Assembly (NCBI GenBank): GCA_963674745.2 | Contig: CAXXDV010000001.1 | Coordinates: forward strand, 1,568,001 to 1,632,000 | Origin: Desulfosudaceae bacterium | GTDB lineage: Bacteria; Desulfobacterota; Desulfobacteria; Desulfobacterales; Desulfosudaceae | Length of the DNA stretch: 64,000 bases | Reading direction: 5' to 3' | Shown: positions 40,916-50,824 of the stretch, one piece after another | Numbering within the stretch: position 1 is the stretch's first letter | How the letters are laid out: every line of letters begins with the position of its first letter | Position numbers and translations under genes: made by a program | The notes under the pieces: generated by a model | Seen by the model: only the letters and a program-made list of their open reading frames with translations | Database searches by the model: none | Told to the model about the DNA's origin: nothing

Positions 40916-40951
40916 AAAAAAAGGGAGCCGGAAGTCCGGTTCCCTTTTTTT
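40916..40951 (+). terminator. Intrinsic terminator after the RTX-like gene
   Basis: aaaaaaagggagccgg-aagt-ccggttccc followed by a T run. Confidence 0.85.
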
Positions 40952-41046
40952 GGTGATTAGAATAAGACTTGAATTTTACCATCGGAACGATTACATTAAA
41001 AAGTCTTTAAAAAACAGGTAAAAACAGAAATATAGCAGGAGTTACT

Positions 41047-42834
41047 ATGGCGACAATGGAACAGAATCTGGCACTGGCCATGCAGCACATCAATGTCAAC
41101 CGCTTAAAAGAAGCCGAAGATCTCTGCGGGCCGTTATTGCAAAGCCATCCTCTGGAGCCGCAGGTGCTTCACGCCGCCGGGTTGATCAAGTACAAAAAAA
41201 TGGATTACAAGGGGGCCATCGAGCAGTTGTCCAAGGCCGTCCAGATTGACAAGAAAAATCCGCTATACTTCGGCAACCTGGGCGAGGCCTATCGCCGCGA
41301 CCGGCAGTTTGACAAGGCACTGGAAGCGTTTGAAGAGGCCATTGCCATGATGCCGGAGTTTCTCATGGGTCACCTGGGCATCGCCAACACCCTGCGGGAC
41401 CAGAGTAAGTTCAAACAAGCAACCTCCCGGTTCCGGCTGGCCCTGGCCATCAACCCCACCTTCGCACCCGCCTATCATTACCTGGGCCTGACGTTCGTGG
41501 ACCAGGAGCGTTTAAAAGAAGCCATTCCCCTGCTGCGCAAGGCTATTGCCCTGCGGCCGGGATACATCGAGGCCCAGCTCAGCCTGGCCAACACCCTGGA
41601 ACGGGATGGTCAGTCCGAAGAGGCCCTGGAGAGGTACCGCAGCATTCTGGAAAAACTGCCCAATCATGTGGGGATTATTAATAATATTGGAAATATCCTG
41701 AAAAACATGGGGCACATCGATGAAGCCATTATCCACTTTGAAAAAGCCCTGGAACTTGATCCGGACCATGTCTCGGCTTATTACAACCTTTCCCGCGCCC
41801 GGGTGGGTTCCAACCCGGAAGAATTGGCGCGCATGGAGAAAATGGCCACCGATGATCGCCTCAACCAGGAACAGCAATGCAGCATGCATTTCTCTTTAGG
41901 CAAACTGTATGACGATCTGGGGAAATACGATAAGGCCTTTTTCCATTTCAAACGCGGTAATGAGATGGACACCCGGGAAAAACCGTTTGACCCCAAACTG
42001 CACAGCCTGGCCATAGACCGCATGATGGCCACGTTCAACAAGGAGTTTTTTTCGGGTCGCCGGGGGTTCGGCAGCGAATCCGACCTGCCGGTGTTTGTTC
42101 TGGGCATGCCCCGTTCCGGGACCACACTGGTAGAGCAGACCCTGGCCAGCCATCCGGAGGTTTACGGGGCCGGTGAATTGAATACGATCGGCCAGATTAT
42201 CGGCGCCCTGCCGAACCTTCAGGGCCGGCTGGCCGGATATCCTGAATGCGCCACCTTGATCGACGCTATCAGCGCCTGTCAGCTTGGTGAAGAATATGTG
42301 AATCATTTAAGGTCCGTCGGCGGTAATGCCAAACGGGTGACCGATAAGATGCCGGGAAATTTTATCAATTTGGGATTTATCTCTTTGCTCCTGCCCAACG
42401 CCAAAATCGTTCATTGTCACCGTGAGCCCCTGGACACCTGCCTGTCCTGCTTCTTTCAACATTTTGCCATGGTCATGCCCTTTTCCCGCGACCTGACCTT
42501 TCTCGGCAAGTATTACCATGATTACAAGCGCATCATGGATCACTGGCGCCAGGTACTGCCGCAGCAGATTTTTCATGTTCGCTATGAAGATATGGTTGCC
42601 GACCATGAGGGCATGAGCCGTAAACTGATCGAATTTATCGGCCTGGAATGGGATGAGTCCTGCCTGAATTTTCACAAGACAGAGCGGACGGTCAAAACCG
42701 CCAGTAACTGGCAGGTGAGGCAGCCGGTTTATAAAAGCTCCATGGCCCGCTGGAAAAATTACGACGAGTTTATCACTCCCTTGAGAGAGGCATTAGGCGA
42801 CGCCCAGTCGGAAGAGTCGTTAAAAAAAGATTAA
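41047..42834 (+). CDS. TPR-repeat sulfotransferase
   Basis: Multiple TPRs; GMPRSGTTL 5'-PSB loop, DKMP, REPLDTCLS 3'-PB motif. Confidence 0.93.
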   Translation: MATMEQNLALAMQHINVNRLKEAEDLCGPLLQSHPLEPQVLHAAGLIKYKKMDYKGAIEQLSKAVQIDKKNPLYFGNLGEAYRRDRQFDKALEAFEEAIAMMPEFLMGHLGIANTLRDQSKFKQATSRFRLALAINPTFAPAYHYLGLTFVDQERLKEAIPLLRKAIALRPGYIEAQLSLANTLERDGQSEEALERYRSILEKLPNHVGIINNIGNILKNMGHIDEAIIHFEKALELDPDHVSAYYNLSRARVGSNPEELARMEKMATDDRLNQEQQCSMHFSLGKLYDDLGKYDKAFFHFKRGNEMDTREKPFDPKLHSLAIDRMMATFNKEFFSGRRGFGSESDLPVFVLGMPRSGTTLVEQTLASHPEVYGAGELNTIGQIIGALPNLQGRLAGYPECATLIDAISACQLGEEYVNHLRSVGGNAKRVTDKMPGNFINLGFISLLLPNAKIVHCHREPLDTCLSCFFQHFAMVMPFSRDLTFLGKYYHDYKRIMDHWRQVLPQQIFHVRYEDMVADHEGMSRKLIEFIGLEWDESCLNFHKTERTVKTASNWQVRQPVYKSSMARWKNYDEFITPLREALGDAQSEESLKKD

Positions 42835-42886
42835 ATCAACTCGTGAAATAGCCGGGTTATTATTTTTAGGATAGCGTTCTTATACG

Positions 42887-44569
42887 ATGCGTGAGTTAAT
42901 CAACCGCCTGAAATCAGCCCCGAGATTATCTCTGGAACTGCTGGTTTCTTCTTTTTTCATCAGCCTGCTGGCGCTTTCATCCCCCATGTTTGTCATGCTG
43001 GTGCTTAACCGTTATGTGATGCACGGTGTTGACAGTACCCTGTATACCTTGATAACAGGCGTTCTCATCGCGATCCTGATGGAGTTCGGGTTCCGGCAGG
43101 TCCGGTTAAAGCTGGCGATGGGGATCAGCATGGGCCCGGATGCCAGGATTGCGGGCGGGGCTTTTGCTTCTCTGACCAGTGCCCGCATGAGTGCCGTCGA
43201 AAAAATGCCACCAGGCTTGCGGCGGGAAGTGATGGGTGGGTTAACGGCCGTGCAACATGCCTACAGCCCGGAAAACATATCCACGGTTATGGATATGTTT
43301 TTTGCTTTTATGTATATTGTCGTGCTTTTCCTGATGGATCCGACCATCGGCGCAATTGTAACCGGTTTTATCTTCGTCATGTTTGTTTTCGCGCTGATCA
43401 GTCACAACCTGCTGGGTGGGCCCATGCAGGAACTCAACCAGGCGGCTGTTCGCAACAATGCCCTGGTGGGATCGGCTATCATGGCGACGGATTCAATTCG
43501 GAGTTTTAACGCGGCCAGGTTTCTCAAGGAACTGTGGGGAAAACAGCAGGCCCTGACCAATCGCCTGAGGAAGAAACTGACCACCCGGCAGGGACTTTCC
43601 CAGTCAATCACCATGAGCATCAACTCCCTGATGACAGTGGCTGTTATTGGCATGGGGGCGAAGCTTGTGGTCGCCGGCAACATGTCGGTCGGCGTTATGA
43701 TCGGCTTTAATATTCTGGCCGCCCGGGCATTGGCGCCCATCAGCCGTTTTGCCATGCTTGGCGCGGTGTTTACCAAGGCCCAGCAGGCGCTGGATCTTCT
43801 GGACGGGTTTTCCAACCTGCCTAGGGAATCAACCCGGGGCAGTGCCCTGCGAAATTACAGCGGCCGTCTGGAATTAAAGGATCTGGCTTTCTGGTTTCAG
43901 GGGTCGTCTGGTCCGCTGTTCGAATCTGTTTCCCTGACCCTTTCACCGGGCCAGGTCCTGTTGATTACCGGCGATAACGGCACCGGCAAAACGACCCTGG
44001 CCCGGGTGCTGCTGGGGCTTCTGGACTCGACCCGGGGGCAGGTGTTTGTGGACGGTCTCGATCTTCGCCAGGTCCTCCCGGAATGGTGGCGCCAACAGGT
44101 TATCTATCTTCCCCAGGAGCCGGTTTTTTTTGACGGTACCATTCGAGAAAATTTAGTTACCCTTAAACCGGATCTTGATGACCAAACACTGCAGCAGATC
44201 GTCAAACGGTCCGGTCTGACCCGTTTTCTGGATGAAAGTCCGGAGGGCCTTGCAACCAAGCTGGTTAACGGTGGGATGAATATCGCGGTCGGTATCCGTC
44301 GACGACTGGCCCTGGCCCGGGCGCTGGTATCCGACGGCATGCTGGTCGTGTTTGACGAACCGGTCGGCGGGCTGGACAATGATGGCATAATTGTTGTGTC
44401 AAATGTCATGCGGGAGCTTCTTCAGAACGGGCGGGCGCTGGTGGTGTGTTCTCATAACCCCAACATTCTTCAGGCCAACGGGTTTCGACTGGATTTAAAC
44501 AAAAAGCCGATTCCTGAAGTGAGCCGGTTTACAGCGGAAAAGCCCGCCATTCCGGAAAAGACGCCATGA
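42887..44569 (+). CDS. Type I secretion ABC transporter (no C39 domain)
   Basis: TM domain, GDNGTGKT Walker A, YLPQEP, VFDEP; divergent signature IAVGIRRR. Confidence 0.9.
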   Translation: MRELINRLKSAPRLSLELLVSSFFISLLALSSPMFVMLVLNRYVMHGVDSTLYTLITGVLIAILMEFGFRQVRLKLAMGISMGPDARIAGGAFASLTSARMSAVEKMPPGLRREVMGGLTAVQHAYSPENISTVMDMFFAFMYIVVLFLMDPTIGAIVTGFIFVMFVFALISHNLLGGPMQELNQAAVRNNALVGSAIMATDSIRSFNAARFLKELWGKQQALTNRLRKKLTTRQGLSQSITMSINSLMTVAVIGMGAKLVVAGNMSVGVMIGFNILAARALAPISRFAMLGAVFTKAQQALDLLDGFSNLPRESTRGSALRNYSGRLELKDLAFWFQGSSGPLFESVSLTLSPGQVLLITGDNGTGKTTLARVLLGLLDSTRGQVFVDGLDLRQVLPEWWRQQVIYLPQEPVFFDGTIRENLVTLKPDLDDQTLQQIVKRSGLTRFLDESPEGLATKLVNGGMNIAVGIRRRLALARALVSDGMLVVFDEPVGGLDNDGIIVVSNVMRELLQNGRALVVCSHNPNILQANGFRLDLNKKPIPEVSRFTAEKPAIPEKTP

Positions 44570-45963
44570 ACGAAGAGAAAACAGAACCTCGGGTGAACCA
44601 GGCCGAGGGTGATAATAACGTCGGCAAAGAGCTGGTCAAAACGGAAAACATTCCGGCCGAAGAATCGCGACCGGATTATGAATCTGTTGTTGAAGACGCT
44701 GTTGGCCAGTTCCCTCACTATTTTTTGGCCCTTTTTGTTTCAATGTGCCTGGCTTTTTTCTTCTGGGCAACGTTCAGCAAACTGGACATTTTCAGTATGG
44801 CCCAGGGAGAAGTGGTGCCTTCTTCCAAAGTAAAAAGCGTTCAGCACCTTGAGGGTGGAATTGTTCAGCGGATTCTTGTCCGGGAAGGGCAGCGGGTTAA
44901 AAAGGATGAAGCGCTGGTTGAGCTGCAGGCCACGGCCAGCGACGCTGATGTCCGGGAACTGAATGTGCGCATCACCTCCCTGAGAGTCGAAGGAGAACGG
45001 CTGGCGGCGGAGCTGGCCAACCGGGATGAGGTGAAGTTCAGTCCGGAGTTGGTGCAGGATCATCCGGATCTTGTCAGCCAGGCCCAGGAATTTTTTCATG
45101 CCCGTCGCCAGCGATTAAAATTGGATCAGGAGCGGCAAACCCAGCTGGTTAATCAGAGACGGCAGGAAATTAATGAAATTGAGGCCCGGTTGCGAAATCA
45201 CAAAAGCCGGCTGTTGCTGCTGGAAGAACAGATCGGCATCAGCGAAGAACTGCTCAAGGATGATTTGACCAACCGTTACACCCACCTGAATTTACTGAAA
45301 GAACAGAACGCCTTAAAAAGTGCCATTGAAGAAAACGAATCAGCCCTGAATCAGGCCGCGACCGCCTTGAAAGTGGAGCAGGTGCGATTGAACAGCATCC
45401 TTTCGGCTTACAATGAAGATGTTCAGAAGAGTCTGGATGAAAATCGCAGGAATTATGACGGTTACACTGAGCGCTTGCGAAAATTTAACGACAGCCTGGA
45501 TAGAACGGTCTTGCGGGCGCCGGTGGACGGGATTGTCAAAACACTTTACCTGGTGACCGAGGGCGGTGTCATTCGTCCCGGTGAAACTGTTCTGGATATC
45601 GTCCCGGAAGACGATCTGCTGATAGTCGAAGCACGGCTGCCGACCCAGGATATCGGCTATATTCATCTCGGCCAGAAAGCTCAGATTAAGTTGGCTTCAG
45701 CGGATGCCAGGCAATTCGGCACTATTCACGGTGAGGTGGTCAATATCAGTCCGGACACGCTGATTTCAGATAGGGGCCAACCTTATTACAAGGTCCGTAT
45801 CGCCACTGACCAGGCCTGTTTTGAGGGCAGAGGAGGGGCTGAATATTGCCTTTATCCGGGCATGATTCTGCAGGTGAGTATTCAGACCGGTAAGCGGACT
45901 GTACTGGACTACCTGATTGCGCCGTACTTTTCTTCCCTGGAAGATGCCTTTACCGAACGATAA
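44566..45963 (+). CDS. HlyD-family T1SS membrane fusion protein
   Basis: VQHLEGGIV, RAPVDGIV, TGKRTVLDYL; overlaps the ABC gene (ATGA). Confidence 0.94.
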   Translation: MNEEKTEPRVNQAEGDNNVGKELVKTENIPAEESRPDYESVVEDAVGQFPHYFLALFVSMCLAFFFWATFSKLDIFSMAQGEVVPSSKVKSVQHLEGGIVQRILVREGQRVKKDEALVELQATASDADVRELNVRITSLRVEGERLAAELANRDEVKFSPELVQDHPDLVSQAQEFFHARRQRLKLDQERQTQLVNQRRQEINEIEARLRNHKSRLLLLEEQIGISEELLKDDLTNRYTHLNLLKEQNALKSAIEENESALNQAATALKVEQVRLNSILSAYNEDVQKSLDENRRNYDGYTERLRKFNDSLDRTVLRAPVDGIVKTLYLVTEGGVIRPGETVLDIVPEDDLLIVEARLPTQDIGYIHLGQKAQIKLASADARQFGTIHGEVVNISPDTLISDRGQPYYKVRIATDQACFEGRGGAEYCLYPGMILQVSIQTGKRTVLDYLIAPYFSSLEDAFTER

Positions 45964-45968
45964 CTTGC

Positions 45969-47000
45969 TTAGACGATGTCCGGTTTTTCGGTGGAATCAG
46001 CCTGTTGCGGCCGTTCAGCTTTTCCCTGCCCCAGTTTTTTAAATTCATCCTTGAAGCTGCCGTCAATTTTATGTGCCCAGGCCGAGGCAAAGGGGGGGGC
46101 CAGGGCGGGGTTGAACACAAAATGGATAACATTCCAGGCCAGCCCGAATATGGTCTTTCTGCGGCCGCAGATCCTGAAGTTTCTAAAACCCATATCATAA
46201 ATGGTTTTCAGCTCCTGACGCCTTAAAACATTGGGGCGGACATGGGCCGGGTTTTTTTGGGAGGAAATAATGCCGAATTGGCCGGCACAATGTTTCTGCT
46301 TGATCTGTTTCAGCTCTTCCCCTAACTGCGGGGATCGCTGGATGTTAAACCGGGAGATGGCCATCAAATGACGTTTGCGAGTGGGGCACTTGTAAGCGCA
46401 TTCGTCATTAACAATAATCTCAACCTTGTCGCGGTCAAGCTGGTCAAGAAGCTCCAGATCAAACACATGATCAGGGTAAACAACCACCCGGTCAAAACGG
46501 TCCTGCATCTTTTTGTACCAGTTGACATCACCTTGAGGATTTTCAATGAGGGCTTTTTCATAGGAGCAGATTTGCTTTAAGCCCGGTTTTTTGTCCCTGA
46601 TGTAATTAGACAACAAATCGCTGGCAACAATTACACCGTTTAAGCCGCTGCTTTCATCCAGCTGCTCTAAAAGCGTGTTGGCTGTCGAATCGGCCAGATG
46701 CTGCTTTTCAAGAGCGATGTTGGTGAATGTCAGGTACACGGAGATATCATGCTTGTTCAAAACATCGGAAAAATTTTTTGCGTCCGTGTTGGGAACATTG
46801 GCATTCAGATAGCCGCCGTTCCAGGCCAGATCCGGACAGCCGTGAACAGCGCCGATAACAGGAAGAACATCATGGCTGTTCATGGTGTTGACGAAAATGC
46901 GCAGAAAAAGCCGGTAATTATATAACCCGGAGACGTTCCATTTTACTTCCGGCCAGTCCGGGTGAATTATACTCTCTTCACGTTCCGTTTTTAACAACAT
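45969..47000 (-). CDS. Hypothetical protein, distantly peptidase-U32-like; paralog of 47005-48021
   Basis: WNGG, YLTFTN, NGVIV, ECAYKCP.R..H, GFRNFRICGR. Confidence 0.7.
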   Translation of the reverse strand: MLLKTEREESIIHPDWPEVKWNVSGLYNYRLFLRIFVNTMNSHDVLPVIGAVHGCPDLAWNGGYLNANVPNTDAKNFSDVLNKHDISVYLTFTNIALEKQHLADSTANTLLEQLDESSGLNGVIVASDLLSNYIRDKKPGLKQICSYEKALIENPQGDVNWYKKMQDRFDRVVVYPDHVFDLELLDQLDRDKVEIIVNDECAYKCPTRKRHLMAISRFNIQRSPQLGEELKQIKQKHCAGQFGIISSQKNPAHVRPNVLRRQELKTIYDMGFRNFRICGRRKTIFGLAWNVIHFVFNPALAPPFASAWAHKIDGSFKDEFKKLGQGKAERPQQADSTEKPDIV

Positions 47001-47004
47001 AAAA

Positions 47005-48021
47005 TTATATTACCCCTTTTTCTTTGGCCAACCGGTTGTAATCGTTTTTTGTTTTTTGATCAATGCTGGAGTAGAGTATCCGCGCAAAAATGTAGGCCTG
47101 TTCCGGGTTGAATACCCAATTCAAAATATTCCAGGACATGCCGTATATTGTCTTGCGGCGGCCTGAAATTTTAAGGTGCCTGAAACCCATGTCATATATG
47201 GTCTTCACTTCGTCATGGTACAGATAACAGGACCTGAGCCATTTGGTGTTTTTTTCCTTGTTTAAGATGCCGCCACCGCCGGCGCATTTGTTCTGTCTGA
47301 TGGTGGTGATCTCTTCCATGGTTGCTTTGGCTTTTTCCTTATCTTCATACTGAGCGATATTGAAGACGGAATTAAGGGTTTGATGGGACGCGCGGTTGGG
47401 GCACTTGTAAATACATTCTTCGGTGATCAGAATTTCAGCCTTGTCGCGATCCAGCTTGTCGAGCAGGTCCAGGTCAAACATATGATCGGTATGAACAACT
47501 ACCCGGTCAAATTTTTCTTCCATTCTCCGGTACCAGTCAATATCGCCTTTGGGATTTTCAATAAACGATTTCACCACCGAAGCAACCAGCTTCACACCGG
47601 GTTTTTTCTTGCGAACATAATCGGCCATGAGGTCGTTTAATACGATTACCCCGTTAAGTCCGCACGACTCATCCAGACAATCCAGCAGTTGGTTGCCGGC
47701 CGGATCATCTAAATGCCGTTTTTCCAGAATAGCGTTGGTGAAGGTCAGGTAAACACCGATTCCCAGCTGATTAAGGGTTTTGAAGTAAGTGTCCACGTCC
47801 GTATAATTCGGCACCTGGGCATTGACGCGACCGCCGTTCCAGAGCAGGTCCGGTGCCCCGTGAAATGATTCCAGAACATGCGTTAATCCGTGGGGCCGCA
47901 TGGTCTTGACCAGGAAATTGATCAGGGGCCGATAATTGAACAGCCCGGAAATATTCCATTTGACTTCCGGCCAATCCGGATGAAGAAGATTGCCTTCCCG
48001 CTTCATGTTAAAAGTGGTCAT
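47005..48021 (-). CDS. Hypothetical protein, distantly peptidase-U32-like
   Basis: WNGGR, YLTFTN, NGVIV, ECIYKCP.R..H, GFRHLKISGR (compare U32 LKIEGR). Confidence 0.7.
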   Translation of the reverse strand: MTTFNMKREGNLLHPDWPEVKWNISGLFNYRPLINFLVKTMRPHGLTHVLESFHGAPDLLWNGGRVNAQVPNYTDVDTYFKTLNQLGIGVYLTFTNAILEKRHLDDPAGNQLLDCLDESCGLNGVIVLNDLMADYVRKKKPGVKLVASVVKSFIENPKGDIDWYRRMEEKFDRVVVHTDHMFDLDLLDKLDRDKAEILITEECIYKCPNRASHQTLNSVFNIAQYEDKEKAKATMEEITTIRQNKCAGGGGILNKEKNTKWLRSCYLYHDEVKTIYDMGFRHLKISGRRKTIYGMSWNILNWVFNPEQAYIFARILYSSIDQKTKNDYNRLAKEKGVI

Positions 48022-48238
48022 GATTTTTAACCTCTTAAAAATATTGCTGATAACAATTGTTATGCCTCCTGACCTAACCCGGGAGATAACTTTAAATAGA
48101 TATCATATGTTTGAATTGATTTACAGATTTTTTTGTCGATGATGGGATGCGTTTTACGACTATTTTCTGTGTTCGTCAAAAGCGGTGGTTTATGGTAAAA
48201 GATATTTGGAAGACAATCAAAACGTTGAAAGGTCTTAA

Positions 48239-49819
48239 ATGAAACGATTGTTTTTATTGTTAATTCTGTTTTTGACCGGGGCTTTCGGCCTGACCGTCGT
48301 TTTGCCGGCAAATGCCGAAACCTCAATGCCTGTATCGGAAAAAGCCTGGGTAATGCCGATTCTAAAAAATGGCAAAACCGGATGGCCCTGTCCGGTGGTG
48401 GTCTGGTTTGACCGGCAGTTTTTGGAAAACGGTGAGGCCTATCAGCAGAAGAAAATCGAATATTCCGGGCAGAAGCGGAGCGATCTGCGGCGCCGGGTGA
48501 CAGCGACCTTGAAGCAGTACAGTGATGATTCCTGGCGACAGGCCGCAGGCAAGATCGAGGCCCTGGAGCGGCAGAAAAAAATCGACCAGGTTGAACGGCA
48601 CTGGATCGTCAACGGTTTCAGCTGCCGGGTGAGCAGTGCCGGTGCCCTGGCCGATTTAGCCGCTGTTCCCGGGGTGGACAGGATTTTTGCCCGGGTGGAC
48701 GCGCTGCCGTTCCGGCCGAGCGCGGGACAGCCCCGATTTTATCCCGCGGCCGTCCTGGATGCGTTTAACCCGGGCGCGGTGGAGTGCCCCTGGTATATCA
48801 AGAAACTGGAGGCAGACCGGGTTTGGCGGGAGTTCGGTGTTTACGGCCAAAACACCCTTAATGTGATTCATGACAGCAATTTTACGATAACCCCCGGGCT
48901 GATTACCACGCTCTATCGTAATCCCGGTGAAATACCGGCCAACGGGAAAGATGACGATGGCAACGGCCGGGTTGATGATGTTCACGGCTTTAATTTTGAC
49001 AGTAACAATGCCGACCTGACGCCGATTCAGGATGCCGGCGGCAGAAAGGCCGCGGGGGTACGGCATGGCTCCTGGTGCGCCGCGATGGTGTGCGGGGCCG
49101 AACAGGGAAAGACGTCCTGGGTGCCGGGGCTGGCGCCCCGTGGCCGATGGGCCGGGATTATCGGCCATGGCCGGATAGAAGCCATGGTAGAGTGGGCGGT
49201 GGGAATTGGCGCCGATACATACAGTATGAGCTTTTCCCTGCCTGGTTTAGGTCAGTATCGCACCCATTGGCGTAAAGTCATGGAGCACGGCTCCCTGTGC
49301 GGACTGGTCTTTGTTTCAGGCGCCGGAAATTTCGCCCGCCGGGAAAAACGAAATTTTGCGCCGGTGCCCGTCCAGATGCGTGTTCCCGAGGATATCCCGG
49401 AAGCGGTTTTTTCTGCCGCCGGTGTGGGCCGGGACCTGGTCCGGCCGCCGTTTTCCAGCCAGGGGCCGGTTCAATGGATGACCGATTATTACCGGGACGG
49501 GCAGGTGCCCAAGCCGGATGTGTCAACCTTTAACGTCGCCATACCGGTATTGACGCCCGATGGCGAAATCAGCGGCCGCGGGGTTTCCGGCAACTCTTTT
49601 GCCGGGGCCATGCTCAGCGGCGCCGTTGCCCTGATCCTTTCGGCTGATCCGGAAACCCTGCCCTGGGACCTGCGCGACATCATGATCAAGACGGCCATGG
49701 ACGTCGATCCGGCCGGGTTTGACTACCAGACAGGCCATGGTTTGATTAACTGCTATCGCGCGGTTCAAGAGGTCCGGCGCCGGACGGGTCAATCACCCGG
49801 GACAAACAAGAAGGAATAA
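48239..49819 (+). CDS. Secreted S8 (subtilisin-like) serine peptidase
   Basis: Signal peptide, propeptide, IHDS, NGKDDDGNG.VDD, HGS, GAGN oxyanion Asn, SGNSFA. Confidence 0.88.
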   Translation: MKRLFLLLILFLTGAFGLTVVLPANAETSMPVSEKAWVMPILKNGKTGWPCPVVVWFDRQFLENGEAYQQKKIEYSGQKRSDLRRRVTATLKQYSDDSWRQAAGKIEALERQKKIDQVERHWIVNGFSCRVSSAGALADLAAVPGVDRIFARVDALPFRPSAGQPRFYPAAVLDAFNPGAVECPWYIKKLEADRVWREFGVYGQNTLNVIHDSNFTITPGLITTLYRNPGEIPANGKDDDGNGRVDDVHGFNFDSNNADLTPIQDAGGRKAAGVRHGSWCAAMVCGAEQGKTSWVPGLAPRGRWAGIIGHGRIEAMVEWAVGIGADTYSMSFSLPGLGQYRTHWRKVMEHGSLCGLVFVSGAGNFARREKRNFAPVPVQMRVPEDIPEAVFSAAGVGRDLVRPPFSSQGPVQWMTDYYRDGQVPKPDVSTFNVAIPVLTPDGEISGRGVSGNSFAGAMLSGAVALILSADPETLPWDLRDIMIKTAMDVDPAGFDYQTGHGLINCYRAVQEVRRRTGQSPGTNKKE

Positions 49820-50668
49820 ATGGATAAGGAAAGTATCACAGCAGCGATTGACCTGGGCGCGGCCGAGGTTCTGAACGTGAGTGAGCGCGGTGACGGCCGT
49901 CAGCAGATACTCAAAGTTCCCTGCCATGACGGGTTTATCATTCTCAAATGCTATGGCCTGAAACGGACCCGTTTGCGGGCGTTGATCCGGCAATTCGGAT
50001 CCTTTTTCCTGATCAGAAAGTCCTCGGTTACCGTAAGCGGCCGGCGCGCGACTGAACTTGCCGTGATGTCGCTCTGGAAGCAGGAGGGGTTTGATGTGCC
50101 GGAAGTTTACGACCTGCCCGAGCTGCCTCAGGACTTCCCTTTATGCATTGCCATGGAATGGATTCCCGGCCCCACCCTGGTGCAGGTGTTGAAAGACGAA
50201 AGTTATTCTCCGGATCTGAAAAAAGAGCTCATCGCCCGCTACGCAAAGGCCTGGGGAAAACGTCACGTGCGGGCCCTTGAGCTCAACGAGCCGCGGCTGC
50301 TCCAGGAAAACCCCACCCTGTCTCATGTGTTTTATTCAAACGACCGGCTGGTGCACTTTGATTTTGAAATCGTGTTTACCTGGAAAAAAGATATTGAGCG
50401 GCTGGTTCGCAGGGAAATCGTGGGGGTTGTCCACGCCCTGGCCAAGGCGGGTGGAGAAAATTTTGAACCCCTGCTCGACACGCTTCTGGATAACTATCCC
50501 GACCTGTCGCATTTCCGGCAGGCCGTGGCCGAGCTGAACCGATACGGCACCGTGCCGGAGGTGGGCTGGTCGGCCGTGCTTCACCTGCTGACGCGAAAAA
50601 GAAAACGGTATTTGAAGCGGCAGTATTTTACCGACGTGCTCGACCGGGCGTTACAAAAAAGGGCCTAA
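49820..50668 (+). CDS. Atypical protein-kinase-fold protein (Kdo/WaaP/Bud32-like)
   Basis: ILKCY, helix-C Glu, VPEVY, MEWIPG, HFDFE; catalytic loop degenerate. Confidence 0.6.
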   Translation: MDKESITAAIDLGAAEVLNVSERGDGRQQILKVPCHDGFIILKCYGLKRTRLRALIRQFGSFFLIRKSSVTVSGRRATELAVMSLWKQEGFDVPEVYDLPELPQDFPLCIAMEWIPGPTLVQVLKDESYSPDLKKELIARYAKAWGKRHVRALELNEPRLLQENPTLSHVFYSNDRLVHFDFEIVFTWKKDIERLVRREIVGVVHALAKAGGENFEPLLDTLLDNYPDLSHFRQAVAELNRYGTVPEVGWSAVLHLLTRKRKRYLKRQYFTDVLDRALQKRA

Positions 50669-50708
50669 CCCGGATATTTCACGAGTTCTTCCCATATTGC
50701 ACGCTATC

Positions 50709-50820
50709 GGGCACGGCACGCCGTGCCCCTACGTAGATTTTCCCCGAGCGCCTATGTAGGGGCACGGCGTGCCGTGCCCGATTGTTGAGGCCCGTAGGGG
50801 CACGGCGTGCCGTGCCCGAT
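50709..50820. repeat. Three GTAG-type REP palindromes
   Basis: gtaggggcacggcgtgccgtgccc twice plus one inverted copy, between convergent genes. Confidence 0.8.
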
Positions 50821-50824
50821 ATGG

